From the NCBI GenBank assembly GCA_016929135.1, contig JAFGJK010000156.1, forward strand, positions 63,337-127,336: a stretch of DNA of 64,000 bases. Reading direction: 5' to 3'. The position numbers and the translations under genes were made by a program. A model generated the notes under the pieces. The model was not told the DNA's origin. It worked only from the letters and a program-made list of their open reading frames with translations, and did no database searches. Below are positions 41,398-51,149 of this stretch, piece by piece (the first letter of the stretch is position 1; every line of letters begins with the position of its first letter). The stretch comes from Spirochaetota bacterium (GTDB lineage Bacteria > Spirochaetota > UBA4802 > UBA5550).

Positions 41398-43457
41398 ACG
41401 GCATCTGGAAGGTGAAATCCTCCATGAACGTCGACCGCACCGGGGAGGGGAGGCAATACGGCCCTGAGGAAATTCTCGCGAGGATCCTGGAAAGCCGCGG
41501 TATCGACACCCCAATTGCGATCGATGAATACCTCAATCCCCGGATCATGGATCTTCACAGCCCCTTCCTGTTCGGCCACATGGAAGAGTCCGTGAGCCGG
41601 ATGCGTCGCGCCATATCTTCGAGGGAAACCATAGGCATATTCGCGGATTCCGATCTCGACGGGATCACCGCCATGGTGACGCTCCATTCCCTTCTCTCGC
41701 GGCTCGGGGCCGTCATGTACCTGCGACATCTTCAGGACGATGAACAGTATGGATTGACCAGAGGCATCATTGATGAATTCGCGAGGCAGGACGTTACACT
41801 GCTTATCACCGTCGACTCGGGGATACGGGATGTCGCCGAGATAGAATACGCCGCCAGCCGCGGCATCGAGACTATCGTCACTGACCACCATGAAGAGGAT
41901 ACGCGGCTGCCGCAGGGGTTGATTCTGAACCCGAGGATTTCCTCATCAGGGTATCCCTACCGGGACCTCGCCGGTGTCGGTGTGGTATTCAAGCTGTGCA
42001 TCGGACTCCTGTTCAGTTACCTGCCAAGTTACAACAAGAGATTTATACTGGTGGAGTTCCAGGATGGCAAATGGAAAACGGCAACAATGGTCAACGGCGT
42101 CATAACGGCCATGGACAGCTTCTCAGATTCAGCAGGCCTTCTCGGTATCTGCGCGGATAATGCAGAATATGGGGCGATCCTTGTGGCCATTGACACTGCA
42201 ACCTTCGATTCGATCCCTCAAGCAGAGTACGGGTGCCCCCTGTTCTCCCTTTCGGATCTGGCAAAACCGGCGATGAAAGGGAGCACGGCCTCTTCCTTCG
42301 CAGAAATCTGCACCGCATTGTCCCTTGTCCGCGATCTCTATCCGGACAGCCTCTCCCTGGCCGGACGTATCGTTCTCTTCCTGCAGATGGCTGTCTCCCC
42401 AAAGATCATGGGCTTCATCGAAGAGGCGGCCGGATACGCCGCCATCGGAAGCATCGCCGACGTGGTGCCTCTCACCGGGGAGAACAGGGTAATCGTGTCT
42501 CACGGCATTCGTTCACTGGAAGCGACCTCCCATCCGGGGCTCTCCCTCCTCGTGGGCAACGGACCGGTCAACGCACGGAAGATAGGGTGGGGCATCGCAC
42601 CGCTCCTGAACGCCCCGGGTCGCGTGGGCAAAACAGCCCTGACCCTGAACTTCTTCCTGGAACATGAAACGGCAAGGTCGCGGGAAATTCTTCGTGAGAT
42701 CGAGAGCCTGAACTCACAGAGGAAGTCCTCCGTGAGCGAGCTGTGCGTCGGCCTCATCGATGAATACCGTAAGGGCGGCCATCCCCACAGGAACATCGTA
42801 GTGCTGCAGTCGGATCGGATCGCCGAGGGCTACGCCGGTCTCGTGGCCAACAGGATTTCCGATTCGCTGGAGAAACCGGTGATCGCGATATCGCTGCAGA
42901 GGGGGAGCGGCGCGGTGAAGGGTTCCGGACGCTGCAGGAATGGTCTCGATTTCTTTTCCTACATAAAGCCCTTTTCAGAGCATTTTGAGCGAATCGGCGG
43001 GCACGCCCAGGCCTTCGGCTTCACGATTGCCGCTGACAGGATCGACCGGGTCACCGCGATGATCGATGATTCCATGGAAGGAGTGGCATCGGCCATTATG
43101 CCGCTTGAGATAGACCTGGAGCTACCGTTGGATTCGGTGACCCTGGTGCTGATACAGAGGATTGTGGCATCCATGGAACCATTCGGCAAGGGGAACGAAG
43201 CGCCCCTCTTCTGTTCAAGGAGCCTCGCGATAGAATCATTTGCACGATTCGGCAATGGAAGCCACGGCAAATACTGCTTCAAGGGGTATCCGCACATCAC
43301 CGCCATCGGATGGAACATGGCAGACCCCATGGAGGCCCTCTATGCAACTGGGGGCGATGTGGATATCGTCTATTCGGTGGAGGTAAACGAATTTCTGGGC
43401 CGGAAGGAGCCTCGGATGGTGATCACCGCGGTGGAACCGGGAAATCTCACAGCGTGA
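41394..43457 (+). CDS. recJ: Single-stranded-DNA-specific exonuclease RecJ
   Basis: DHH motifs IFADSDLDGITA, ITVDSG, VTDHHE; DHHA1 domain GGHAQAFGF; and an OB-fold C-terminus. The ATG overlaps the rnhA stop (ATGA). Confidence 0.92.
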   Translation: MNGIWKVKSSMNVDRTGEGRQYGPEEILARILESRGIDTPIAIDEYLNPRIMDLHSPFLFGHMEESVSRMRRAISSRETIGIFADSDLDGITAMVTLHSLLSRLGAVMYLRHLQDDEQYGLTRGIIDEFARQDVTLLITVDSGIRDVAEIEYAASRGIETIVTDHHEEDTRLPQGLILNPRISSSGYPYRDLAGVGVVFKLCIGLLFSYLPSYNKRFILVEFQDGKWKTATMVNGVITAMDSFSDSAGLLGICADNAEYGAILVAIDTATFDSIPQAEYGCPLFSLSDLAKPAMKGSTASSFAEICTALSLVRDLYPDSLSLAGRIVLFLQMAVSPKIMGFIEEAAGYAAIGSIADVVPLTGENRVIVSHGIRSLEATSHPGLSLLVGNGPVNARKIGWGIAPLLNAPGRVGKTALTLNFFLEHETARSREILREIESLNSQRKSSVSELCVGLIDEYRKGGHPHRNIVVLQSDRIAEGYAGLVANRISDSLEKPVIAISLQRGSGAVKGSGRCRNGLDFFSYIKPFSEHFERIGGHAQAFGFTIAADRIDRVTAMIDDSMEGVASAIMPLEIDLELPLDSVTLVLIQRIVASMEPFGKGNEAPLFCSRSLAIESFARFGNGSHGKYCFKGYPHITAIGWNMADPMEALYATGGDVDIVYSVEVNEFLGRKEPRMVITAVEPGNLTA

Positions 43458-44205
43458 TGTCACTCAGCACGATCTCTATCCTGTCCGCCCTGCGGTAGCC
43501 CAGGTTGGTCTCCATGACCTCGCGGTTCCCCAATCCGATAGTCACAATACGCTCCTGCTGAATCCCCTTTGAAATGAGGTACTTAGCCACAACCGAGGCC
43601 TTTCTCTCGGTGTAGCCCTTCGTATCGTACTCAACCGAGTGCCCGACTATTTTAGCAGAGCATTTCGGAAAGTGATTCATGATCAGTGCGATTCTGTCAA
43701 GGCGTTCCCTGCCGAAGCCGTTCAGTCTGGTCCGATTTTTAACAAATAGATATTTATCAAGAAACCGGGCCCTGTAGACGCTGCCCGTCTTTTCGAAACC
43801 GGACTCGAACATCGTATTGACAATATCCCCGCGAAGGCCCTGTCCAGAGGCTCCTCCGCAGGCATCCCTCTGCCGGACAAGCAGGTCGTATTCGTATCTG
43901 CCGGCCTCAGCGAGCACCGAGGCCACCTCAAACTTGATTATGGACAGCGTTGCATAGAAATACGCAGAATTGTACAGCTTCTCATCCAGCTGGTTGCGGG
44001 CATATATGATATGAAGTAGTGCATCGCTGTAGACATCGGCGGGTAGGTACTTTTTCGTTGAAAGGTTCTTATCTATCTCGACGGAAATGGTCTCCGCCTT
44101 TCGGATAAGCGATTCCACTTCCTCGTTGCTCAGGGAATACCCCACGTATTCCATGAGAAGCACCATCATCGCGGATATGACGATTCGCATCCACATGGCA
44201 TTCAC
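43447..44205 (-). CDS. OmpA/MotB-like peptidoglycan-associated domain protein
   Basis: N-terminal TM helix, and C-terminal OmpA-like domain (...FEKTGSVYRARFLDKY...LDRIALIMNHFPKCSAKIVGHSVEYDTKGYTERKASVVAKYLISKGI..). Confidence 0.75.
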   Translation of the reverse strand: MNAMWMRIVISAMMVLLMEYVGYSLSNEEVESLIRKAETISVEIDKNLSTKKYLPADVYSDALLHIIYARNQLDEKLYNSAYFYATLSIIKFEVASVLAEAGRYEYDLLVRQRDACGGASGQGLRGDIVNTMFESGFEKTGSVYRARFLDKYLFVKNRTRLNGFGRERLDRIALIMNHFPKCSAKIVGHSVEYDTKGYTERKASVVAKYLISKGIQQERIVTIGLGNREVMETNLGYRRADRIEIVLSDITL

Positions 44206-44624
44206 TACTTCTCTCTGCCGCTCGATTCGGCATCACCGGTAAAGGCATCGTAGGCCCTCTTCGCCTTCAGCAAGCGTTCCCGAGCCTTGATAAGGGGAAA
44301 GTATTCAACCCCGATCCTGATCTCATAATATGCCTTGTCCGATTCGCCATGCTCCAGGAGCCTCCTGGCACTGGCCATCTGGTCCTGGATCTGCTGTATC
44401 TCCGTAGGGGCATATGTCTCCGCCCCTGCGGTCTTTACCTCGGCGAGTTTCCTTTCCACCTTGCCGATGATGCTTTTCACCTCATCGGCGGAATGATAGT
44501 CAGCGCTGCCGCTCACCCCTGCGAACGTCGTTATAAACAACGACAGGAACAGCATAACGGGATATCGAAAATACGGGAAACTCCTCATATACCGGAACAT
44601 AGCCCGCATCGCAACAAGAGTCAA
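44205..44624 (-). CDS. Hypothetical exported helical protein (DUF4398-like), co-oriented with the OmpA-like gene
   Basis: Hydrophobic N-terminus, then a helical body with the conserved-looking YEIRIGVEYFPLIKARERLLKAKRAYDAF. Its stop overlaps the start of the downstream OmpA-like gene. The start codon is uncertain. Confidence 0.5.
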   Translation of the reverse strand: MTLVAMRAMFRYMRSFPYFRYPVMLFLSLFITTFAGVSGSADYHSADEVKSIIGKVERKLAEVKTAGAETYAPTEIQQIQDQMASARRLLEHGESDKAYYEIRIGVEYFPLIKARERLLKAKRAYDAFTGDAESSGREK

Positions 44625-44677
44625 TTCATTTTTATTTCCTAATTGGGAGGAAATTTTGATAATTAAAAAATTTATAT

Positions 44678-44706
44678 TTGACGTGTAATAATAATAGGTT
44701 TATTAT
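44678..44706 (+). promoter_or_regulatory. Sigma70-like promoter candidate (TTGACG-17 bp-TATTAT) upstream of the STAS-domain gene
   Basis: Hexamers read directly, about 30 bp upstream of the ATG at 44735. Confidence 0.3.
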
Positions 44707-44734
44707 CATATAATTCATTATTGAGGCTATTGGT

Positions 44735-45034
44735 ATGGACATTGAAATCAAAGATGATCAAGATGTCATAAGGATCACAGTAAACGGCGATATCGAAATG
44801 ATGACTATTAAAAGCTTCAAACAGAAGCTGTTTGAGATAGGCCAGAATACGAATAAGAACATTGAAATTGACCTTTCCAATGTCGACTATATCGATTCAT
44901 CGGGAGTGGGTGTCCTGATAAGCCTTCTTAAATTACAAAAAAAGAAGGGGAGATCCCTCATCATCAACAAGGTCAGTTCCAAGGTCCTCAACGTGCTCAA
45001 ACTCAGTTCTCTCTCCGATGTGTTCAATATCTAG
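44735..45034 (+). CDS. STAS-domain anti-sigma-factor antagonist (SpoIIAA-like)
   Basis: 99 aa. The phosphorylatable-Ser region DLSNVDYIDSSGVGVLISL is typical of anti-anti-sigma factors. No partner kinase or anti-sigma gene is adjacent. Confidence 0.8.
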   Translation: MDIEIKDDQDVIRITVNGDIEMMTIKSFKQKLFEIGQNTNKNIEIDLSNVDYIDSSGVGVLISLLKLQKKKGRSLIINKVSSKVLNVLKLSSLSDVFNI

Positions 45035-45107
45035 ATACTCAGTACACGCAGGCCTGTGCGTTACTATCAACCCGAGTTATCGCCATACAGGAACATGATG
45101 GGGCATT

Positions 45108-45590
45108 ATGGATATACGCGTCGGAAGCGGATTTGACGTACACAGCTTTTCGGAGGGGAGGGCGCTCATCCTTGGGGGTGTGCGGATCGAGCACCCGAGG
45201 GGACTCCTGGGGCATTCAGACGCGGATGTCCTCATCCACGCGATAATCGACTCATTGCTCGGACCGGCCGATATGGGTGATATCGGAACCAATTTCCCCG
45301 ATACAGACGACCGGTACAGGGGCGCACGGAGCCTCGATCTCCTGCGTACCGTCGGCGGGATGCTCAAGGAAAAACACTGGGGAATCGTGAACATCGACGC
45401 GATTTTGGTATGCCGGCAACCCAAGATCGCCACTCATGTACCGGCGATGAAGCAGAATATATCATCGGCCCTGGACGGTCTTGCCGAGGAACGGATCAAT
45501 ATCCGTGGAAAAACCACCGAGGGACTCGGCTTTACCGGAAGGGATGAAGGGATTGCCGCTATGGCAGTATCGTTGCTGTCCAGGGATTGA
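45108..45590 (+). CDS. ispF: 2-C-methyl-D-erythritol 2,4-cyclodiphosphate synthase
   Basis: MDIRVGSGFDVHSF...GHSDADVLIHAIIDSLLGA...DIGT are the IspF zinc and active-site motifs. Confidence 0.93.
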   Translation: MDIRVGSGFDVHSFSEGRALILGGVRIEHPRGLLGHSDADVLIHAIIDSLLGPADMGDIGTNFPDTDDRYRGARSLDLLRTVGGMLKEKHWGIVNIDAILVCRQPKIATHVPAMKQNISSALDGLAEERINIRGKTTEGLGFTGRDEGIAAMAVSLLSRD

Positions 45591-45635
45591 TAGCGGGAGC
45601 CTAATGCGACATAATATATCTTATCGGAAGTACTG

Positions 45636-45953
45636 TCAATCCGCCATCCGAATCTTGGCAAAAAAATCCCTGATGAAATTTGCCAGCCTCATGAGGACCA
45701 GCGCGCTGATGACCGCATCGAGCACCTGCGGAATCTCGAAGCCCGTGTTGTGGAAGAGACCGAGCATCGTCACCTTGAAGCAAAGAAACAGCGCCACCAG
45801 GAGCACTACCACGTCCCGCGCGGTCTTCACGGGCCTCGTGTCTGAGATGTCCTGCAGCGCCGAAATAGAGAACACTGCCGAAACCGACGCCTCGAGGATA
45901 ACCGCGATGATGAAGAGATTGAAAATGTTCTGGAAAAGGACTTCGCCTCTCAT
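45636..45953 (-). CDS. Small hypothetical membrane protein (3 predicted TM helices)
   Basis: 105-aa ORF with hydrophobic segments FNLFIIAVILEASVSAVFSI, VVVLLVALFLCFKVTMLGLF and LDAVISALVLMRLANFI. Confidence 0.45.
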   Translation of the reverse strand: MRGEVLFQNIFNLFIIAVILEASVSAVFSISALQDISDTRPVKTARDVVVLLVALFLCFKVTMLGLFHNTGFEIPQVLDAVISALVLMRLANFIRDFFAKIRMAD

Positions 45954-46011
45954 GCTACCACCTCCCTGTGTGTATGGCTCACGATACAGGGGCTGAATAG
46001 AAAAATCAAGC

Positions 46012-46791
46012 TCATTTTTTCCTTTTATCGTTCCAGTGACCGTTTAAAAACAGCTCCTCCTCGATGCTTAGGGACTGCTCCTCTTCCCGCGCCGTCAGCC
46101 CGCCCGGTGACATAACAACGCCGAGGCTCTCGGCATAGGCATCCGCCATACGCCCCGTCAGCTCGTCGAGAAACGACCGGTCCGACACATCGTCACTGAT
46201 CCATTGGTCCAGCGCAGTGATGGCCTGACGGGGCGACGCATGGTTTCTGCCTGATGATTTCACCGCCGGAACCGCAAGATATCGGAACATCCTGTCGTAG
46301 TCAACCGAGAGGAGCAGCGTGCCGTGCTGGAGCAAGACCCCCTCGCGCCTGGTCTGGGCGCTCCCGGATATCTTCCTCCCCTCCACGGTAATATCATTGA
46401 TGGGGCGGAAGGCGGCATCTATTCCCATGTCGCCGAGGAGCCCTATGAGCGGCCCTACTATTATCCTGTAGCTGTCCGCCACCGTCCCCGCGACACGGCG
46501 GTCCTCCAGAGGGACCGCCAGGCTGTAGGTTATCTCGTGGTCGTGAAAGACCGCGCCGCCGCCGGTGATCCTTCGTATCACAGGGATTCCCTCAGCGGCG
46601 CAGGCTACCGCGTCGGTCTCATCTTCCCGGACCTGGAAATAGCCGATGGTCACCGCCGGCGGATACCATCTATAGAGGCGGAATGTCGGCGTGCCCCCCG
46701 CTGCCACCTCGCGAAGGATCGCGTAATCCACCGCCATGTTCCTGCTCCCCTGCAGGGGGCCGTCGACGATCAGTCGCCATCGGTCCATCAT
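46012..46791 (-). CDS. Lipoate-protein ligase catalytic subunit (LplA N-domain type)
   Basis: BPL/LPL catalytic domain: ...RLYRWYPPAVTIGYFQ...RRITGGGAVFHDHEITYSL...GRKISGSAQTR... with the conserved lysine. Confidence 0.85.
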   Translation of the reverse strand: MMDRWRLIVDGPLQGSRNMAVDYAILREVAAGGTPTFRLYRWYPPAVTIGYFQVREDETDAVACAAEGIPVIRRITGGGAVFHDHEITYSLAVPLEDRRVAGTVADSYRIIVGPLIGLLGDMGIDAAFRPINDITVEGRKISGSAQTRREGVLLQHGTLLLSVDYDRMFRYLAVPAVKSSGRNHASPRQAITALDQWISDDVSDRSFLDELTGRMADAYAESLGVVMSPGGLTAREEEQSLSIEEELFLNGHWNDKRKK

Positions 46792-47072
46792 CCCCCCCCC
46801 GCCATGACCACAGCAATGGCGATAGTTTCGGCCGATATCCCCACGAGCTGGATGCCCCGGGAGCGGATCAATGTCTCGATGCGCCGGATCAGCTCCTCCT
46901 CCTCCCGCTTCATTCCTTCCAGTGACGCCTCGATGGTCTCGATCGCCTCCTCCGGGTATACGAAGAAGTCTCCGGTAATCCTCACCCTGGCGATCGTATC
47001 CCCCTCCAGGGTCAGGTAGAGCCTGAGGAGCTTCTCCCCCTCGCGCTTTAGCTCAACGGGCCTGAACTGCAT
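46788..47072 (-). CDS. Lipoate-protein ligase C-terminal accessory domain protein (LplB-like)
   Basis: MQFRPVELKREGEKLLRLYLTLEGDTIARVRITGDFFVYPEE... matches the LplA C-terminal domain encoded as a separate gene. It is ATGA-coupled to the catalytic subunit gene. Confidence 0.65.
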   Translation of the reverse strand: MQFRPVELKREGEKLLRLYLTLEGDTIARVRITGDFFVYPEEAIETIEASLEGMKREEEELIRRIETLIRSRGIQLVGISAETIAIAVVMAGGG

Positions 47073-47937
47073 CACGGCCGCAGCCGGCCGCATGTGCTGC
47101 GGCATGATAGGAGCTTCGCACCAGGGGACCGCACTGCACCACGGGGAAGCCGGCCTCCCCTGCCGCAGCGGCGATCTGCTGAAACTCCTCCTGGGTATAG
47201 TAGCGGGCAACGGGGTAATTCTCCCTGCGCGACTGCAGGTACTGGCCGATGGTGACGTGCTCGCAGCCTGTCATCCTCAGGTCGTCCAGGGTGCGCCGGA
47301 TATCCTCCATCGTTTCACCGAATCCCACCATGAAGCCGGACTTTACCCGCAGGCCGGCCGATGAGGCATGGCGCAGCAGTCGTAGGGAGGCACCGTAGCT
47401 TCCCATGGGTCGGAGCGCTTCATAGAGAGGGCCCGCCACCTCGATATTGTGGTTCAGAACATCGGGTCGCCTCGCGGCGATGGCATCCATGGATCGTTCC
47501 ATGGATCCGGAGAAATCCGGCACCAGCAGCTCGATCCCGCAGCGGCAACCCAGTTCCCGGATCCGTTCGATCACCGCGGTAAAATGCGATGCGCCGCCGT
47601 CCGGCAGATCATCCCTGGTGACCGAGGTGATCACTGCATGAACCAGCTCCAGACGCCGGACTGCCTCGGCGACGCGGTCCGGCTCACCGGCGTCCGGTAA
47701 TGCGGGTACGCCGCTGGTGACGGCACAGTAACGGCAGTTCCTGGTGCAGACATCACCCAGGATGAGGAAGGTGGCGGTTCCGTTTCCGAAGCACTCGCCG
47801 ATGTTCGGACATCGTGCCTCGATACAGACGGTATGGAGCCCCTGCTCGTCGATCACCCGCTTCACCGAGGGATATCTTCCCCCGCCCGGCACGGAGAAGC
47901 GTATCCACGATGGGATGCGGCGCCCTACCCCTCCCAC
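47053..47937 (-). CDS. lipA: Lipoyl synthase
   Basis: Auxiliary cluster CIEARCPNIGEC and radical-SAM motif CTRNCRYC. Confidence 0.93.
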   Translation of the reverse strand: MGGVGRRIPSWIRFSVPGGGRYPSVKRVIDEQGLHTVCIEARCPNIGECFGNGTATFLILGDVCTRNCRYCAVTSGVPALPDAGEPDRVAEAVRRLELVHAVITSVTRDDLPDGGASHFTAVIERIRELGCRCGIELLVPDFSGSMERSMDAIAARRPDVLNHNIEVAGPLYEALRPMGSYGASLRLLRHASSAGLRVKSGFMVGFGETMEDIRRTLDDLRMTGCEHVTIGQYLQSRRENYPVARYYTQEEFQQIAAAAGEAGFPVVQCGPLVRSSYHAAAHAAGCGRDAVQAR

Positions 47938-49346
47938 ACCAGCACCGGCTTCCTGGCGGCGATAACCGCGTCGACGCGGTGAACCGGCGTGTTGCGGGGG
48001 GCCGTCTTCACCTTCTCGGGTTCCTCGTAGGCCTCTCGCCGTATCTCCGCCATGGCGTTCACGAAGGTATCCATGCTCTTCTTCGTCTCCGTCTCGGTCG
48101 GCTCTATCATGATGGCCCCCTCGATGTGCAGCGGGAAATAGACCGTGGGGGAATGAAAGCCGTAATCCAGTATCCGCTTCGAGATGTCGTTTGTGGTCAC
48201 ACCGTTGGGCATGTCGCCGTCACTGATGACGAACTCGTGCATGCACTTCCTGTCAATGGGAAGCTTGTAGAGATCCCGCAGGCACGCCAGGAGATAGTTG
48301 GCGTTCAGCACCGCCGTATCCGACATGTCCCGGATCCCCTCTGCTCCCAGTGATCGGATGTAGGCATAGGCACGCAGTGCCACGAGGAAATTGCCGTAGA
48401 AGGAATGAACCCTTCCGATCGAATCGGGCCTGTCGTATTCAAGGTAGTACCCCTGTGCTCCCTTCGCGACCAGTGGCACCGGCAGGTACTTCGCCAGCCG
48501 GTCCACGACCCCCACCGGCCCCGATCCCGGGCCACCGCCGCCGTGCGGCGTGGAGAATGTCTTGTGGAGGTTCGTGTGCATGATGTCGAAACCCATATCG
48601 GCCATCCTCGCCCTGCCCGCCGTGGCGTTCAGGTTCGCTCCGTCACCGTAGAACAGCGATCCGTTCTCGCGGAGCAACCGGCTGATCTCCCGTATATTGC
48701 GGTCGAAGAGCCCCAGGGTGTTCGGGCTGGTGAGCATCATGGCGGCCACGTTTCCGTCCAAGAGCTGCCTCAGCCTCTCCACGTCCACATCCCCGTCGCT
48801 GTTTGAGGGGATCTCCTTCACCGTGAAGCCGCACATCGCCACAGAGGCCGGATTGGTACCGTGCGCCGAGTCGGGGATGAGCACCACGCTGCGCGCCTCC
48901 TTCAAATCCTGGAAGTACTTCTTGATTATCATCGCCCCCGAGAGTTCACCGTGGGAGCCTGCCGCCGGGCACAGGGAGAAGGTCATACCGGTGATCTCCC
49001 GAAGTGCCGCCGCCAGTTCGTAGAGCACCCTCAGGCACCCCTGGACCGCCGAGGCATCGGCCAGCGGATGAATCGCCGAGAACCCCTCCATGGCGGCGAT
49101 CTTCTCGTTGATCTTGGGATTGTACTTCATTGTACAGCTCCCCAGGGGATACATCCCGTTGTCGACGCCGAAGTTCATGCGGGAGAGGTTCGTGTAATGC
49201 CTCACCACCTCAACCTCACTCACCTCCGGGAGCACGGTCGCCACCGTGCAGTATTCCTCCGGGATCGGATCGTAATCTTCACAGCCTGCCTCGGGGAGCT
49301 GGAAACGGTTCTTCCCGGAAACGCTGTAGTCAAATATCGTGTCCAT
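47925..49346 (-). CDS. gcvPB: Glycine dehydrogenase (decarboxylating) subunit 2
   Basis: PLP-lysine region HTNLHKTFSTPHGGGGPG and full-length similarity to the GcvPB fold. The start is placed at MDTIFDY. Confidence 0.93.
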   Translation of the reverse strand: MDTIFDYSVSGKNRFQLPEAGCEDYDPIPEEYCTVATVLPEVSEVEVVRHYTNLSRMNFGVDNGMYPLGSCTMKYNPKINEKIAAMEGFSAIHPLADASAVQGCLRVLYELAAALREITGMTFSLCPAAGSHGELSGAMIIKKYFQDLKEARSVVLIPDSAHGTNPASVAMCGFTVKEIPSNSDGDVDVERLRQLLDGNVAAMMLTSPNTLGLFDRNIREISRLLRENGSLFYGDGANLNATAGRARMADMGFDIMHTNLHKTFSTPHGGGGPGSGPVGVVDRLAKYLPVPLVAKGAQGYYLEYDRPDSIGRVHSFYGNFLVALRAYAYIRSLGAEGIRDMSDTAVLNANYLLACLRDLYKLPIDRKCMHEFVISDGDMPNGVTTNDISKRILDYGFHSPTVYFPLHIEGAIMIEPTETETKKSMDTFVNAMAEIRREAYEEPEKVKTAPRNTPVHRVDAVIAARKPVLVWEG

Positions 49347-49354
49347 GGTCTTCC

Positions 49355-50677
49355 TCACTGCACCGCTTCGATTTCCGAAATATACCGGTCCATCCGCTCC
49401 ACCGTATCCAACTCGGTAACGCAGAGGAGCAGGCAATCCCTCATATCCGGGTAGTACCCGCCGAGCGGCAGTCCCAGGGGCATCCCTCTGTCCATCAGGG
49501 CGTCGCGAATATCCATCGCCCGGGGATGGCGTACCACGAACTCGTTGAAATAGGGCGCATCCCCCGCCGCGGCGAATCCCTTCGAGAGGAGCCGGTGCCG
49601 GAAGTACGAGGCCCTCCGGTGGTTCAGGGCCGCCAGATTTCGGAGCACCCCTCCCATGATGGAGAGATAGAGCACCGCCCTGAGGGCGCAGAGTCCCTGA
49701 TTTGTACAGATGTTCGAGGTAGCCCTATCCCTCCTGATATGCTGTTCCCGCGCCTGCAGCGTCAGGACATAGGCATCTTGCCCGGCTGCATCGACGGTCT
49801 TCCCCACCAGCCTCCCCGGCATCCTGCGCATGAAGTCCTTCTGTGCTGCCAGAAACCCCAGCATGGGGCCGCCGAATCCCACGGGATTTCCGAAGGCCTG
49901 CCCTTCCCCGCAGACTATGTCGGCCCCCAGCGCCCCCGGAGGCCTCAGAAGCCCCAGGCTCATCGGCTCGGTAACGCAGGCGACCAGGATGGCACCGCTG
50001 GAATGGACGGCCCCGGCGATCGTCGCAGAGTCCTCAATGGCGCCCAGAAAATTCGGGCTCTGCACAATCACGCAGGCCACCGAATCATCCAGTCTTTCCC
50101 TGAGGGACTCGATATCGGTGACCCCTTCACGCAGCGGCACCTCGTCAATCACCGAGTCGCTGGCCCAGGCGTAGGTCTTCAAAACCTCACGGTAGTGGGG
50201 ATGGAGCGCGGATGATACCACAATCCTTTTCCTGCCGTTGGAGCGCATCGCCATGAATGCAGCCTCGGCGGTGGCGGTGGCGCCGTCGTACATGCTGGCG
50301 TTGGCGATATCGGTGCCGCAGAGCCGGGCGATCATTGTCTGATACTCGAATATTGCAACCAGCGTACCCTGGCTCACCTCCGCCTGGTAGGGGGTATAGG
50401 AGGTGTAGAACTCTGAACGCGATGACAGATGGTCCACCAGCGCCGGGATATAATGGCTGTAGCCGCCTGCACCGATGAAGGCACGGGGGCCGTGGTTCAT
50501 TCCTGCCAGCTCCTCCATATGAGCAAGGAGTTCCATCTCGCCGAGCCCCCCGGGAAGGTTCACCGGCCCGTCCATCGAGATGCCTGCAGGTATATCGGCG
50601 AAGAGCTCGTCGATCGAGGAGACCCCGATCTTCCTGAGCATCTCCCTCCGTTCTTCCTCGGTAATGCTGGTGTACAT
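49355..50677 (-). CDS. gcvPA: Glycine dehydrogenase (decarboxylating) subunit 1
   Basis: Typical GcvPA sequence MYTSITEEERREMLRKIGVSSIDELF...YTPYQAEVSQGTL... Confidence 0.93.
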   Translation of the reverse strand: MYTSITEEERREMLRKIGVSSIDELFADIPAGISMDGPVNLPGGLGEMELLAHMEELAGMNHGPRAFIGAGGYSHYIPALVDHLSSRSEFYTSYTPYQAEVSQGTLVAIFEYQTMIARLCGTDIANASMYDGATATAEAAFMAMRSNGRKRIVVSSALHPHYREVLKTYAWASDSVIDEVPLREGVTDIESLRERLDDSVACVIVQSPNFLGAIEDSATIAGAVHSSGAILVACVTEPMSLGLLRPPGALGADIVCGEGQAFGNPVGFGGPMLGFLAAQKDFMRRMPGRLVGKTVDAAGQDAYVLTLQAREQHIRRDRATSNICTNQGLCALRAVLYLSIMGGVLRNLAALNHRRASYFRHRLLSKGFAAAGDAPYFNEFVVRHPRAMDIRDALMDRGMPLGLPLGGYYPDMRDCLLLCVTELDTVERMDRYISEIEAVQ

Positions 50678-50680
50678 CGA

Positions 50681-51076
50681 TTAGGCCCCGGATTCCACGT
50701 ATTCGCTGTACGCCGCGGCGTCCATCAGATCCTCCAGCTCCTTCGGGTGCTTGACCTCGATCTTGAAAATCCATCCCTTCCCGTAGGGATCATCGTTGAT
50801 AAGCTCGGGTGATTCCTCCAACTGGGTGTTCACCCCGATGATTCTTCCCGAAACCGGCGAGTATACGTCGGATACCGCCTTTACTGATTCCACCACCGCG
50901 ACCTGTTCCCTCACGCCCACCTCCATATCGACCTGCGGCAGCTCCACAAACACGATATCGGTGAGCATCTCCTGCGCATGGTCGGTAATGCCGCACACAC
51001 CGTTGAATTCGTCCTCCATGCGAACCCACTCATGATCCTTCGAATACCTCAGATCATCTGGAATCGAGCTCATCAC
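50681..51076 (-). CDS. gcvH: Glycine cleavage system H protein
   Basis: Lipoyl-lysine motif VVESVKAVSDVYSPVSG and ...YSKDHEWVR... Confidence 0.93.
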   Translation of the reverse strand: MMSSIPDDLRYSKDHEWVRMEDEFNGVCGITDHAQEMLTDIVFVELPQVDMEVGVREQVAVVESVKAVSDVYSPVSGRIIGVNTQLEESPELINDDPYGKGWIFKIEVKHPKELEDLMDAAAYSEYVESGA

Positions 51077-51149
51077 ATCCTCCTGGAAATGTCATAAATA
51101 ATGGTCGCAATGCTAGAACAAGTGAATAATAATTCAACAAATAATTTCA

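Noticed and set aside
45481-45996. 171-aa plus-strand ORF overlapping the small membrane protein gene
   Set aside because: It has a Ser/Thr/Arg-rich, junk-like composition and no RBS. The opposite-strand ORF has three clean hydrophobic helices and is the better call.
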